64,000 bases of DNA from an uncultured Gammaproteobacteria bacterium (GCA_964422835.1 CAYRCR010000001.1:212517-276516); one strand, 5' to 3'; shown: positions 1-10,331, numbered from the stretch's first letter. The notes: generated from the sequence alone by a model not told the origin. Translations and numbers: made by a program.

Positions 1-303
1 ATCGGCAATCACAATATCCCACTTGCCGGAAACAGTTTCTTTATAAAGTTTTTTAAAAGTTTCCTGCGCTGTCCTTTTGTGTTCTGCCGGTAAAAATTTA
101 TCACCTAAAATCCCCACAAACCCCTTACCTCCTTGAATAATTTTAATCTTTAATTTCTTAAGGGATTTAAGTTCCCCGGAAAAAGTATTTTTGCCAAACT
201 GAACAATGAGAATTTTTTTATTGTACCCCGCCCCGCGGATAGCCAGTCCCAAAGCTGCAGTCGTCTTCCCCTTCCCGTCACCTGTATAAACAATGACCAT
301 GCC
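1..303 (-). CDS. cobO: cob(I)alamin (corrinoid) adenosyltransferase, CobA/CobO/BtuR family; C-terminus cut by the window edge
   Basis: Reverse translation from ATG at 303 gives MGMVIVYTGDGKGKTTAALGLAIRGAGY...VQFGK. This P-loop resembles E. coli BtuR/CobA (IIVFTGNGKGKTTAAFG...VVQFIKG). Confidence 0.7.
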
Positions 304-335
304 CATAATAATACAACTTTCATGCAGGATTTATG

Positions 336-378
336 CTGCCACCCTTGGGGTGGATTAGCTTGACACCTGCGGAATTTG
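336..378. repeat. REP-like hairpin upstream of RAYT (ccacccttggggtgg + ttgacacc)
   Basis: Inverted repeat CCACCC-TTGG-GGTGG followed by TTGACACC. The same motif recurs downstream of the transposase. Confidence 0.5.
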
Positions 379-396
379 GGATTATGCTAGGGTCAA

Positions 397-1047
397 ATGC
401 CATCGAGAACATTTCCATTTTCTAACGGCTATTTTTACCACATATTTAATAGGGGGAGTGAAAAACGATCTATTTTTGAAACCCAACGCGATTACCAGAG
501 GTTCTTAAAGACACTAAAATATTACCAAATACTCGGGCCCAAACCAAGATTTTCCCGTTTCCCCTCACCCTTATCTAACAAACTGGATGAATCCCAAAAA
601 GTTATCGAAATCATAGCTTTCTGTTTAATGCCCAACCACTTCCATCTGTTGCTCAGACAAAATACGGATCGGGGCATAACTGAATTTACCAGCAAACTTA
701 GTAATAGTTACACCAAATATTACAATACTAAACATACCCGGGTTGGCCCCCTATTCCAGGGAGAATTTAAGGCAGTCCTCATGGAAAGTGATGAACAGCT
801 CGTGCATGTCTCCCGCTATATTCACCTTAATCCCGTAGTTTCCGGTTTAGTCAAACAACCTGACCACTATCAATGGTCTTCATATAGAGAATTTCTCGAT
901 CCAATAAAAAGTGGCGTTTGTCTCAAAGATCCAATACTGGGATTCTTCAAAAATCCTAGTGATTACCAGCAATTTGTTTTAGACCAAATAGGATATGCCC
1001 AAGAACTTGAATTTATAAAACACCAGCTACTGGATGCTGAAGCTTAA
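397..1047 (+). mobile_element. IS200/IS605-family Y1 transposase of REP-associated type (RAYT, TnpA_REP)
   Basis: 216 aa. HxH motif (PNHFHLLL) and a catalytic Tyr region (SRYIHLNPV), typical of IS200-like/RAYT proteins. REP-like hairpins on both sides. Confidence 0.75.
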
Positions 1048-1061
1048 TTCATGATTCGTGC

Positions 1062-1128
1062 GTCCACCTCGGAGGTGGATTGTATTGACACCTAAGGATT
1101 CATGCTGACACCCTTGAGGCGGAAAGCT
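1062..1128. repeat. REP-like hairpins downstream of RAYT (two copies)
   Basis: gtccacctcggaggtggattgtattgacacc and ctgacacccttgaggcgg share the CCACC..GGTGG and TTGACACC elements of the upstream copy. Confidence 0.5.
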
Positions 1129-1160
1129 AAAACATAATCGTGCATTTAATTTAATAAATT

Positions 1161-1508
1161 TTAGGAGAAACGTTTTCTACTAGAATAAAACCAGATAAAA
1201 AGTCCTATATATATCACTATTCTAAGCCAGGAAATTGGAGAAACAAGTTCTTCGCTTGGTGCATAAAGAAGTAACATTACTAACTGAAATATTCCTAAAG
1301 CACCTAATCCAAAGACACTCCAAGTTTTAGATTTATACAACCCTAATCCGATTGCCAATGTAAAAATGGCTATCACTAAATAAAATGTTAAACCAAATAA
1401 ATCTACCTGCCCGGAACCAAATGATTTGATTGTGCTCACAAAGAGAGGTGCACTACTAATCACCAATAAAACTCCCAGAATTTTAGCTACCTTAACTGGA
1501 GTCACCAT
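1161..1508 (-). CDS. small hypothetical integral membrane protein
   Basis: 115 aa with 3-4 hydrophobic segments. No recognisable motif. Confidence 0.35.
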   Translation of the reverse strand: MVTPVKVAKILGVLLVISSAPLFVSTIKSFGSGQVDLFGLTFYLVIAIFTLAIGLGLYKSKTWSVFGLGALGIFQLVMLLLYAPSEELVSPISWLRIVIYIGLFIWFYSSRKRFS

Positions 1509-1565
1509 GGATTTAATTATTAATTATTTTGGTAATTTTGTCAATCAACCCTGCAGTTAATTAAT

Positions 1566-4232
1566 TTAGCACATTGAATAGCCGCAGGAATGGCATTTTT
1601 TGCAACCTTCGGCAAAAACAAATGTGGCCTGGCCACATTCCGGGCAAAGGTCAGCAATTTCGGACTTCGGATATCGGTTATCGAATATCGGAGAATTATT
1701 ATTATTCTCGCTATTACTTTCCACAACAAGATTGAGGGGTAAAGGTTCCGGTTGACTTTCTTTGGGCTTTTTTGACTCCAAAAGGGCTAACTCTTCTGCC
1801 AGAGCCTTAGCTATGGCATCAGCCAAACTCATTACCCTGTCCTTGCCAAAACCTATTTGGGATGAACCTCCGATTCCCCGCAATTGTCCGACAATTTTTC
1901 TGGCAATGGAGTTGGCATCGGTCCGGGAAATCCGGCGGAGAGCCAAAGAAACCAGTCTCCCGATTGCTTCCGCATCAGCCGACGTATGCATCCCGGCCCT
2001 GCCGATTGTCACAAACACCTCAAAGAGTTGATCCCTACTGTCCCGATTGATAGTAATAAAAGCTTCACCAACAGGCGTATTAACCTTATAGGTCCGGCCC
2101 CGAAGAACCATCGGTCTTTTACCTAAACTATCAGCCATCCCCTCCTGTTTAGATACGGTTTTCCCCATTAACTGGTCATAATATGAACCTTCCTTTTTAA
2201 TCTCCAAAATCTGTTTTTCCCGTGAGCCGTCACGGTAGATAGTTATCCCGCGGCAGCCTGTTTCATATACCATCGTATAAGCAGAGCGCACATCTTCCAC
2301 AGTTGCGCTGTTAGGGAAGTTGACAGTTTTGGAAATGGCATTGTCAACATGTTTTTGGAAAGCAGCTTGTATCTTAATATGCCACTCCGGAGTAATGTCG
2401 TGGGCCACCACAAATATTTTTTGCCATTTAAGAGGAACTTCTGCTATACCTTGGACTGATCCGTGGTTTTTTTCGATTTTTTCAAGAAGTGTGTCAGAAT
2501 AAAAACCTTCGTCCTTTGCCATTTTCAAAAAGAAAGGGTTGGTGGTAAAAAGCCTTTTTCCTTCAATGGTATTTTTGGCATAAGCAACACCAAAATATGG
2601 TTCAATGCCGGAGGAGGCATCAGCCAACATTGAGGTAGTACCGGTGGGGGCAATTGTAGTAAGCGCTCCATTGCGGGGTTTTAAGCTTTCGCCCCGAAAA
2701 TAGGGGCTTTTGGAATCATATATGGATCCCGGCCAGGCAAGGAAAGCACCTCTTGTTTTAGCAAGCCCAACGCTTGAGGTACGGGCAGTTTGGGTGATAA
2801 ATTCCATCACATCTTCCGCAACGCGCAAGCCCTCTTCAGTGTTATAACCTACCCCAAGCTGTACCAAAAGATCAGCAAAACCCATCACTCCCAAGCCCAT
2901 TCTTCTTATTTTTTGGGTCATTTCATTGACAGCCGGAATTGGATACCTGCTCATTTCTATAACATTGTCCAAAAAGTGCACTGCCAGTTTGACAGTTTCA
3001 CCCAAAAGTTCCCAGTCGATTTGTCCGTCTTTAACATGCTTCCCCACATTAATGCCCCCTAAATTACAGGCATCATAAGGCAGGAGCGGTTGCTCCCCAC
3101 AGGGGTTCGTGGATTCAATCGTGCCTAAATTGGGGGTTGGATTGGCGCGGGAATTATTAATGCGGTCCATGAAAATCATCCCCGGATCGCCAAAATGCCA
3201 GGCCAGTTCAGTAATCAAAAGAAATACTTTTTTGGCATTAAGGCGGTCTGTCACTGTGCCGTTTCTGGGGTTTATCAATTCATATCCTTCATCTTCGTGA
3301 GTGGCCCGGGTTGCCTCATACAATTTTTTAACTGCGTCTTCCACTCTCTTCAATTTTAAATCAACATCACGGATAGCCTCTGCTTCCCTTATTTCTTCAA
3401 TAACGCTTTTCCAATCAGGCTCTTTTTCAACATATTTGCCGTCTTTTTTAACCTGTTCCATCCAGTCCTCTGTTACAGAAACAGAAATATTAAAATTAGT
3501 CAGGGAAAATTCATCCACTTTCATTACTGCAAAACGCAGGATATCAGGATGGGTAATGTGCAAAATCCCCATGTTTGCCCCGCGTCTTACCCCACCTTGT
3601 TTTACTTGGGAAGTCACATCATTGTAAGCCTGTAAAAATGATGTCGGACCGACTGTTGTCCCGCCCGATGAAGCAATTGTATCCCCATGGGGCCGGAGGC
3701 GGGAAAAAGAAAATCCAGTCCCTCCACCGGATTTATGGATCATCACCATGTCAACTAGAGTTTGGGCAATCGAGCGCATATCATCTTCGATCGGCAGGAC
3801 AAAACAGGCAGATAACTGTTGCATGGGTTTCCCGGCATTGAGCATAGTTGGGGTATTGGGGATAAATTTTTGCAGGGCCATGGCGCAGTAGAATTCTTTG
3901 GCTGTTGTAAGAAAGTGGTCTTTATTTGAATCAAATTGCAAATCGGCGCAGGCAATATTAAAGGCCACCCGCCAAAACATCTCTCCGGCATTCTCTTCGG
4001 GTTCACTTTGAGCGTTTCTTCTGGCATATCTGGTCTTGCCAATATAGATGGCTGTCTCGGAAAGCGTAGGTTCCGGTAAATCTTTTGGCACAGACAGGAT
4101 ATTTTTACCAATTTCCCAAACCTCCTCCCGGCTGTATGTTTTAACATTTTTAGCATGACCATTACTAACCTTTTGTTTAGACCTTGCTACTGTCAATTGC
4201 AAATTGACTGATTTTTGTATTTTTCTTTTCAT
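1566..4232 (-). CDS. nrdJ: class II (adenosylcobalamin-dependent) ribonucleotide reductase NrdJ with C-terminal Zn-ribbon
   Basis: 888 aa. The RNR active-site region (NPCGEQPL) is present. C-terminal CPECG...CKKCHSCG cysteine cluster. Overlaps nrdR by 4 nt. Confidence 0.9.
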   Translation of the reverse strand: MKRKIQKSVNLQLTVARSKQKVSNGHAKNVKTYSREEVWEIGKNILSVPKDLPEPTLSETAIYIGKTRYARRNAQSEPEENAGEMFWRVAFNIACADLQFDSNKDHFLTTAKEFYCAMALQKFIPNTPTMLNAGKPMQQLSACFVLPIEDDMRSIAQTLVDMVMIHKSGGGTGFSFSRLRPHGDTIASSGGTTVGPTSFLQAYNDVTSQVKQGGVRRGANMGILHITHPDILRFAVMKVDEFSLTNFNISVSVTEDWMEQVKKDGKYVEKEPDWKSVIEEIREAEAIRDVDLKLKRVEDAVKKLYEATRATHEDEGYELINPRNGTVTDRLNAKKVFLLITELAWHFGDPGMIFMDRINNSRANPTPNLGTIESTNPCGEQPLLPYDACNLGGINVGKHVKDGQIDWELLGETVKLAVHFLDNVIEMSRYPIPAVNEMTQKIRRMGLGVMGFADLLVQLGVGYNTEEGLRVAEDVMEFITQTARTSSVGLAKTRGAFLAWPGSIYDSKSPYFRGESLKPRNGALTTIAPTGTTSMLADASSGIEPYFGVAYAKNTIEGKRLFTTNPFFLKMAKDEGFYSDTLLEKIEKNHGSVQGIAEVPLKWQKIFVVAHDITPEWHIKIQAAFQKHVDNAISKTVNFPNSATVEDVRSAYTMVYETGCRGITIYRDGSREKQILEIKKEGSYYDQLMGKTVSKQEGMADSLGKRPMVLRGRTYKVNTPVGEAFITINRDSRDQLFEVFVTIGRAGMHTSADAEAIGRLVSLALRRISRTDANSIARKIVGQLRGIGGSSQIGFGKDRVMSLADAIAKALAEELALLESKKPKESQPEPLPLNLVVESNSENNNNSPIFDNRYPKSEIADLCPECGQATFVFAEGCKKCHSCGYSMC

Positions 4233-4672
4233 AAAAGAGCCCTCACTTCTTTCGTAAAATCATCCGGGCGGGAAAACTGCCTGTAAACGCTCATAAACCG
4301 GAGGTATGCCACACTATCCAGCTTCTTAAGTTCTGCAAGAACCATCCTGCCAATAGCCTTGGAAGCAATCTGCTGATTACCTTTGCGCCGGATCTTTCTT
4401 TCAATTTTGTCCGTCACTTCCTGCGCACGTATCAGAGCCGGTCTTTTTTCCAGCGCTTTAATAAGTCCTGCCGTCAGTTTTTCCTTATTAAAGGCCTCTC
4501 TCCTACCGTCTTTTTTAATAACCATCAGCTCCACTCCAGCAATTTTCTCATAAGTTGTAAAACGCCTGCCGCATTTTAAACATTCACGCCTCCGCCTAAT
4601 CTCACCCACACCCGCAACCGGCCTTTTATCTACTACACGGTGTAGGACACTCTCACAAAATGGGCACTTCAT
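4229..4672 (-). CDS. nrdR: transcriptional repressor NrdR (Zn-ribbon + ATP-cone)
   Basis: MKCPFCES...CLKCGRRFTTYE zinc ribbon followed by an ATP-cone. Coupled to nrdJ. Confidence 0.9.
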   Translation of the reverse strand: MKCPFCESVLHRVVDKRPVAGVGEIRRRRECLKCGRRFTTYEKIAGVELMVIKKDGRREAFNKEKLTAGLIKALEKRPALIRAQEVTDKIERKIRRKGNQQIASKAIGRMVLAELKKLDSVAYLRFMSVYRQFSRPDDFTKEVRALL

Positions 4673-4699
4673 TCAAAAAAAATGGTGGTTTATCTAACT

Positions 4700-4746
4700 T
4701 AACATATAGTAGTATCTCTTTGTCAATACGCAACATATTGCGTATA
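4700..4746. promoter_or_regulatory. candidate paired NrdR boxes upstream of nrdR
   Basis: Two AT-core imperfect palindromes, taacatatagtagtat and caacatattgcgtata. Their starts are about 31 nt apart, as NrdR boxes are. The consensus match is only partial. Confidence 0.3.
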
Positions 4747-4750
4747 TACC

Positions 4751-5872
4751 TCATTCTTTTAGTCTGCCAATGTCCGCAGGAGGAGTTGATAAAATTGCCG
4801 GGATCAGTACTTCAAACCGTTTTTCCTTATCAACAATCTTTTCGCGGAAAATCGCCTCTTTATCCGTAGTCTGCCAAAAATTCGCTCCCAAAATCAGGCT
4901 GCCTACACAATTGCCGGAATGGGCAAATCTTAGTACCCCCACAATGGAGTTTTGGGCAATTTGTACTTTAGAATCACACGGAATTTCAATGATGCTGCCG
5001 CCGGAAAAGCTATTGAGAATAACTGTTCCCCCTATCCCCTCTCCCCCGCCTGTAAATTCCAGAGCAACACTCCCCGGCATTTCAAAGTTGTTATAGTAAA
5101 TAAGAGGTGCGCCAAAACGCTCCGGATCCACTATAACTCCCTTGCCTTTTGATACTGTAAATAAGTTATTTGAAATCTTGGGACTGCCGCCATCAACCGT
5201 GATGTATGCTCTGACTGCACTTTCAAAAATGTTATTATAAATAGTTGGGCTGGTGCGATCGGCACAGAGGCTGCATTCACCTGTATTACTAAGGCGTGAA
5301 TCCCGCACGGTAACTTTATTGCCGAGCGACATCTTGCGGTAATTCGATAATTTGCCGAAACTTACAATCCCTTCCTTAATTGAAATTACATTAAATTCAA
5401 CTTTTGTTTCCTCTGTGGCGTTTTCTGCTTCAATAATAATAGGCTGTTCTTTCATCCCCAGGGCATAAACTTTGGCAAAATAAAGGGAAATTTTATTCTG
5501 CTCATCCCAAAAAAATTCGCCGTTTTTTACCCCCATCCATTCTTCTTCCGTATTCATACCCTGTTTCAGATGCCACGGCAGCCAGTCTAAATTAAAAATA
5601 TCCCCCAAGCGTCTGACTGAAATTTTTGTGCCCGGAATAATATTGACGCGTGTTCCCGGCATTGCCCAAATATCCCCCGTAATAGTTATTTCTCCACTCC
5701 AACTTTCATTCCGAAAAATTATGCCTGATTTTTGCCGGTTGGACACTTTTGCTTCCGGTAAAATTTGCGGGACAAAATATGCTACAAAAATCCACACTAA
5801 ACTTACCACCCCTGCCGCTAAACAGAACCGCAGAAACCAATGGAGCCTGAAAAGATATTTATCCCGAAGCAT
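4751..5872 (-). CDS. membrane-anchored hypothetical protein with parallel beta-helix (pectate-lyase-like) repeats
   Basis: N-terminal TM segment. Repeated NNIF/NNLF..V..G beta-helix-like units. Confidence 0.45.
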   Translation of the reverse strand: MLRDKYLFRLHWFLRFCLAAGVVSLVWIFVAYFVPQILPEAKVSNRQKSGIIFRNESWSGEITITGDIWAMPGTRVNIIPGTKISVRRLGDIFNLDWLPWHLKQGMNTEEEWMGVKNGEFFWDEQNKISLYFAKVYALGMKEQPIIIEAENATEETKVEFNVISIKEGIVSFGKLSNYRKMSLGNKVTVRDSRLSNTGECSLCADRTSPTIYNNIFESAVRAYITVDGGSPKISNNLFTVSKGKGVIVDPERFGAPLIYYNNFEMPGSVALEFTGGGEGIGGTVILNSFSGGSIIEIPCDSKVQIAQNSIVGVLRFAHSGNCVGSLILGANFWQTTDKEAIFREKIVDKEKRFEVLIPAILSTPPADIGRLKE

Positions 5873-5925
5873 GTTGGCTCAACTATTGTATCACTACTTG
5901 ACGGGCAGGAACAATTTGCTCCACA

Positions 5926-6654
5926 ATGAAACTGGTGCATAAATTCCTGCCTTTAGTACTTCTTGTTGTCATAATTTTTATTGTATTTTCTTACCTGCCC
6001 ATCCGGCGGGTGATATTTTACCGCCTTGGCATTACCAACGATTCCACTACTTCATGCTGCAGTGTTGAGGAAATTATGTCCTCATCGGGAAAATTTGATG
6101 AGGAAACCGCCGCAGCTATCTTTAATAACCAGGTCGTTGATTACCCCAGGACTTCCCTGGCCTATGCTTATTCGGAGTCCCTTGCACAAAGTATAAGTAA
6201 TGATGGCCCGACAGTTTTGGGGGCAGAAAATACTGACAAAGATGAAAAATGGATTGATGTATCACTTGACGAACAAAGGCTTAGAGCCTATGAAGGAAAT
6301 AGAGTCGTCCTGGAATTCCCTATCTCTTCCGGGCTCTGGACTCCTACCCCGAAAGGGACATTTCAGATTTGGCACAAAACTCGAAGCCAACGGATGAAGG
6401 GCGGGTCAAAAGAAATGGGCACTTATTATGATCTGCCCAATGTACCAAACAATATGTTCTTTTATAAAGGCTACGCTATTCACGGGGCCTATTGGCACAA
6501 TAATTTCGGGCATCCGATGAGCCATGGCTGCGTCAACTCACCCCTCTCATCTGTTGCCAAACTGTTTGAATGGGCGGGACCGACGGTAGATATCGGGCAA
6601 AATGTTGCCCATGCCACAACTGATAATCCGGGTACAAAAGTAATAGTCCACTAA
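5926..6654 (+). CDS. L,D-transpeptidase (YkuD domain), membrane-anchored
   Basis: N-terminal TM segment. Catalytic motif YAIHGAYWHNNFGHPMSHGCVN (His...SHGC). Confidence 0.8.
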   Translation: MKLVHKFLPLVLLVVIIFIVFSYLPIRRVIFYRLGITNDSTTSCCSVEEIMSSSGKFDEETAAAIFNNQVVDYPRTSLAYAYSESLAQSISNDGPTVLGAENTDKDEKWIDVSLDEQRLRAYEGNRVVLEFPISSGLWTPTPKGTFQIWHKTRSQRMKGGSKEMGTYYDLPNVPNNMFFYKGYAIHGAYWHNNFGHPMSHGCVNSPLSSVAKLFEWAGPTVDIGQNVAHATTDNPGTKVIVH

Positions 6655-6656
6655 GT

Positions 6657-7097
6657 TCACTTCTTTTGCACTCTGCCAAGAAGCGTAATTACCTGTTCTA
6701 ATTTTTTATCCTGCTCATCAAGGTGGATAAATATCTTTTCAATATCTTTATAAATTGATTCCGTAGTTTTAAACTCTTCTTCTGCGCGCATCTCGGTGTG
6801 TCTACCTAATAAGTTTTGTCCCACCATAATAAGAGACATCAACGGCAACTGCAGGGCAGAGGCTATAAAAAGTAAAAAAGCAAAAGGATATGGGTCAAAA
6901 GGGAGATCTGATGAGGATTGCCAAAGCATCCAAAGAGCCATAATAAAAATGGCAAAATAAACGGCCCACATTGTTCCAATCAGTCTGGTCGTCCAAAGAG
7001 CGACTCTTTCCTGAAACCCAATGCTTTGCCTGTGCTTGATGTTAATATTCTCCGGCTTATGCCGGAGGTTTAGATAATCTACCAGTTTATCGCTCAT
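6657..7097 (-). CDS. DUF1003-like small membrane protein
   Basis: 146 aa with two TM helices. N-terminal region resembles DUF1003. Confidence 0.4.
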   Translation of the reverse strand: MSDKLVDYLNLRHKPENINIKHRQSIGFQERVALWTTRLIGTMWAVYFAIFIMALWMLWQSSSDLPFDPYPFAFLLFIASALQLPLMSLIMVGQNLLGRHTEMRAEEEFKTTESIYKDIEKIFIHLDEQDKKLEQVITLLGRVQKK

Positions 7098-7954
7098 ATT
7101 TTTCCTTCAGAACCAAATACCTCTATCTTCTGTTCTACCACTTTTTGGATACTTTCCACAACAGGCTTTTCAATTTTATACATGGCTGCCTCGTCCGGAC
7201 TCCCTGCCAAAACTTTTGTCAGCTCTTCTTTAAAGGCCAAACGAAGTTCAGTGTTGATATTTACTTTGACAATTCCGTTTTGAATAGCTTCTTTTACTTG
7301 GTCATCGGGCAGGCCTGATGCCCCATGCAAACTTAAAAGACAACCAGAAGCCTCATTGATCCGTCTTAATCTTTCTATGTCAATATTCTCGTCCCCGGCA
7401 CTATAAACCCCATGCAAATTTCCCACAAAAACAGCCAAGATGTCAGCCCCACTATCTCTCATAAACAGTGCCGCTTTTTCAGGATCAGTCATAGGTACTT
7501 TACCCAAATCATCTACCACGGAACCAGCGTGCATTTCCGATGATCCTCCGATATGGTCCATTTCCACCTCAACAGTTAAACCTCTTTGGTGAGCCGCTTC
7601 TACCACTTTTCTGGCAATTTCCAAATTTTGTTCCAGCGGGAGTTTTGAGCCGTCAAAATGAATCATGTCATACCCTGCTTCAATGCCTTTCAGACAATCT
7701 TCCAAAGTTTCAGTATGATCCAGATTTACCAAAACAGGAACGCTAAATTCTGCAGAAAAATTACGGGCCAAATCCACAATGTTTTCTGAACCCAGCCAGG
7801 AAGTTTCACCGGGGGATGATTCAATAATTATGGGAGATTTTTTATTGGCAGCAGCAGAAACTATGGCCTTAAAAGTTTCCAGATTCCCCACATTAAACGC
7901 CCCAATGGCAAACTTTTCATCTTTGGCCTTCTGAAGCCACTCTCTTGCCGTCAT
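7094..7954 (-). CDS. fba: class II fructose/tagatose-bisphosphate aldolase
   Basis: FAIGAFNVGNLE, NLDHTE and MIHFDGS motifs of class II aldolases. Confidence 0.85.
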   Translation of the reverse strand: MTAREWLQKAKDEKFAIGAFNVGNLETFKAIVSAAANKKSPIIIESSPGETSWLGSENIVDLARNFSAEFSVPVLVNLDHTETLEDCLKGIEAGYDMIHFDGSKLPLEQNLEIARKVVEAAHQRGLTVEVEMDHIGGSSEMHAGSVVDDLGKVPMTDPEKAALFMRDSGADILAVFVGNLHGVYSAGDENIDIERLRRINEASGCLLSLHGASGLPDDQVKEAIQNGIVKVNINTELRLAFKEELTKVLAGSPDEAAMYKIEKPVVESIQKVVEQKIEVFGSEGKI

Positions 7955-7978
7955 AAATTTATGATAACATACTGGTTG

Positions 7979-9091
7979 TTATTTGCCTTGAATAGCTTTT
8001 TGCAAAGATTCACAAATGTATGTCACTTTATCTTTTGATAAATTGCCATAAAAAGGCAAGGCCAGAGTTCTTCGGCCCACTTCTTCAGTGACAGGAAAAT
8101 CACCCATCTTATAACCAAATCGTTCGACATAAACAGGCTGGAGATGAATGGGGATAAAATATGGGCGTGATGGAATGCCCATTTTTTGCAAGTTATTCAT
8201 GACTTTATCCCGATTACCATTCATAAGTTGAATCACATACACAAACCAGCTCATTTTAGTCACCATTGGATCAATATAGGGAATTTTGATTCCTTCAATT
8301 CGGTTCAATTGCTCATTGTACCAAGAAGCTACTTTCTCGCGTTTTTCCAGCAACTCATCAATCCTGGAAAGCTGTGCCACCCCCAAGGCCGCGCTCATTT
8401 CATCAAGGCGGTAATTGTAGCCCAAACGGATATGATCAAGCCATCCGCCTCCCTCACCCCTGCCCTGATTTCTTAGGCTCTTAAATAATTCCCGCCACTC
8501 CGTGTTACTTGTCACAATAATTCCACCTTCACCTGTAGTCATCTGTTTATTCGGGTAAAATGCAAACACTGCCGCATCGCCAAAACTACCTGCTTTTTTG
8601 CCCTTAAACTCTGCTCCAATTGCCTCACAGGCATCCTCAATTACTAAAAGTTTGTGTTTTTGGGCAACCACAAGAAGCTCATCCATTCGGCAAGGCTGGC
8701 CAAAAGCATGGACAGGCAGGATCGCTTTGGTTTGAGGGGTAATTTTTTCTTCAATCCCGCTCACATCAATGTTTAAAGTCCCCTGTTCAATATCAACAAA
8801 AACTGGCTTTGCCCTCTCATAGAGAATACAATTGGCTGAGGCAATAAAAGAGAAGGGAGTAGTTATTACTTCATCTCCCTCCCCAATTCCTGCCGCAATC
8901 ATGCACAGGTGCAATCCGGCAGTACCGCTGCTTACCCCTGCGGCATAGTTTGTGCCAATAAATCTAGCCATACTCTCTTCAAATTTTTCAAGCATTGGGC
9001 CCATACTCAAATCAGGGGTATCAAGTACCTGACCAATCAGATCTTTTTCTTTTTGAGTAATATCCGGACCAGAGAGTTTAATCTCCTCCAT
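7979..9091 (-). CDS. DegT/DnrJ/EryC1/StrS-family PLP-dependent sugar aminotransferase
   Basis: 370 aa with the family-typical N-terminal region and an internal lysine region. Confidence 0.8.
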   Translation of the reverse strand: MEEIKLSGPDITQKEKDLIGQVLDTPDLSMGPMLEKFEESMARFIGTNYAAGVSSGTAGLHLCMIAAGIGEGDEVITTPFSFIASANCILYERAKPVFVDIEQGTLNIDVSGIEEKITPQTKAILPVHAFGQPCRMDELLVVAQKHKLLVIEDACEAIGAEFKGKKAGSFGDAAVFAFYPNKQMTTGEGGIIVTSNTEWRELFKSLRNQGRGEGGGWLDHIRLGYNYRLDEMSAALGVAQLSRIDELLEKREKVASWYNEQLNRIEGIKIPYIDPMVTKMSWFVYVIQLMNGNRDKVMNNLQKMGIPSRPYFIPIHLQPVYVERFGYKMGDFPVTEEVGRRTLALPFYGNLSKDKVTYICESLQKAIQGK

Positions 9092-10331
9092 TTTTACCTC
9101 CTGCTATGGCACGGTTCCGGAAAGCCAGCCGATCTTCATATTTTTTTGTCAAACGATCATGTTCGATTTGAAGTTGCTCATTTGTTAAATAACATGTCCG
9201 GGTCATTTTATTACCATATTCATCAACAGCCGACCAATCAATATCCCTATGTTTTTTTTCATCATAAAAACATGTTCCCGGATATGGTGCCAGAATAGTA
9301 AACCCCACTATGTCGGGATCAATTTCATCAATTAACTGCTCAGTTAATTTTATATCATCAATATCCTCATTGGGCATTCCCAATAAGATATAGGCCCGGC
9401 GAAACAACCCAATATCTTTTGCCAATTCAAATGTAATTCTTATCTGATCAGGAGTAATTCCTTTTTTCATATCTGCCAGTATTTTTGGAGAGCCGCTTTC
9501 CACCCCTGCCCAAACCTCGCGGCAGCCGGCTTTATGCATGGCGCGAAGCATTTCCTCATCTGCTGTATCCACCCTGATATTGCATCCCCACTCGGTTTTA
9601 ATATCCCTTTTGAGTTTTTCTTCGCAAAACTGCAGGACCAACTTTTTCCTCAAAGTAAAAGTATCATCGCTAAATTTCATAAAATCAATCTGCCAATCAT
9701 TTACCACCTGTTCAAACTCATCAACAATATTTTTTGCACTGCGGAATCTGACATGCCTTGTCCAAATTACATTACTGGCGCAAAATACACACCTAAAAGG
9801 ACAGCCGCGGCTGCTAAAAATTGCCGCAATTCTTTTTTGATTATCTCTTTCTGCCTCCGCAATATTGCGTTCCTGCCTCACAATTCTCCTATCAGGAAAA
9901 GAAAGACTGTCTAAATCCTCGATATATGGCTGTTGTACTTTTAGTTCATGATTTCCCCGGACAATATCCAAAAATGCGTGTTCCCCTTCACCTATCACCA
10001 CTGCATCCACACACTTATTTTCCAGTGTTTCATCAGGTAAGGCCGAAGGGTGTACACCTCCAAATACAATATGATTATTAGGTCCTTTAATCTTTTCAGC
10101 TAAAAATAAACCATGCCTCATCTGGGGAGAAGTGCACGAAAATCCTACAATATCTGCCCCCTTACAACCCTCGATGATTTCCTTATCACTGTCAAAAAAA
10201 CCGCTGTAGAAAGAAATATTCTCATATCCTGCTACCCTTAAATTAGCCGCAAGATAGCCCATATTTAAAGCTTCCCAGGTGTGAAAGGATCTGGGTTGAA
10301 CCAGTGCAATCTCAGGTTTTCGTTCCGCCAT
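9078..10331 (-). CDS. B12-binding-domain radical SAM protein
   Basis: CPFRCVFCAS radical-SAM cluster motif after an N-terminal cobalamin-binding-like domain. Confidence 0.7.
   Translation of the reverse strand: MAERKPEIALVQPRSFHTWEALNMGYLAANLRVAGYENISFYSGFFDSDKEIIEGCKGADIVGFSCTSPQMRHGLFLAEKIKGPNNHIVFGGVHPSALPDETLENKCVDAVVIGEGEHAFLDIVRGNHELKVQQPYIEDLDSLSFPDRRIVRQERNIAEAERDNQKRIAAIFSSRGCPFRCVFCASNVIWTRHVRFRSAKNIVDEFEQVVNDWQIDFMKFSDDTFTLRKKLVLQFCEEKLKRDIKTEWGCNIRVDTADEEMLRAMHKAGCREVWAGVESGSPKILADMKKGITPDQIRITFELAKDIGLFRRAYILLGMPNEDIDDIKLTEQLIDEIDPDIVGFTILAPYPGTCFYDEKKHRDIDWSAVDEYGNKMTRTCYLTNEQLQIEHDRLTKKYEDRLAFRNRAIAGGKNGGD

Noticed and set aside
1762-4162. Multiple 60-135-aa ORFs antisense or in alternative frames within nrdJ
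   Set aside because: All are contained within a clearly homologous 888-aa NrdJ coding region. Open frames of this kind are typical in GC-moderate sequence.
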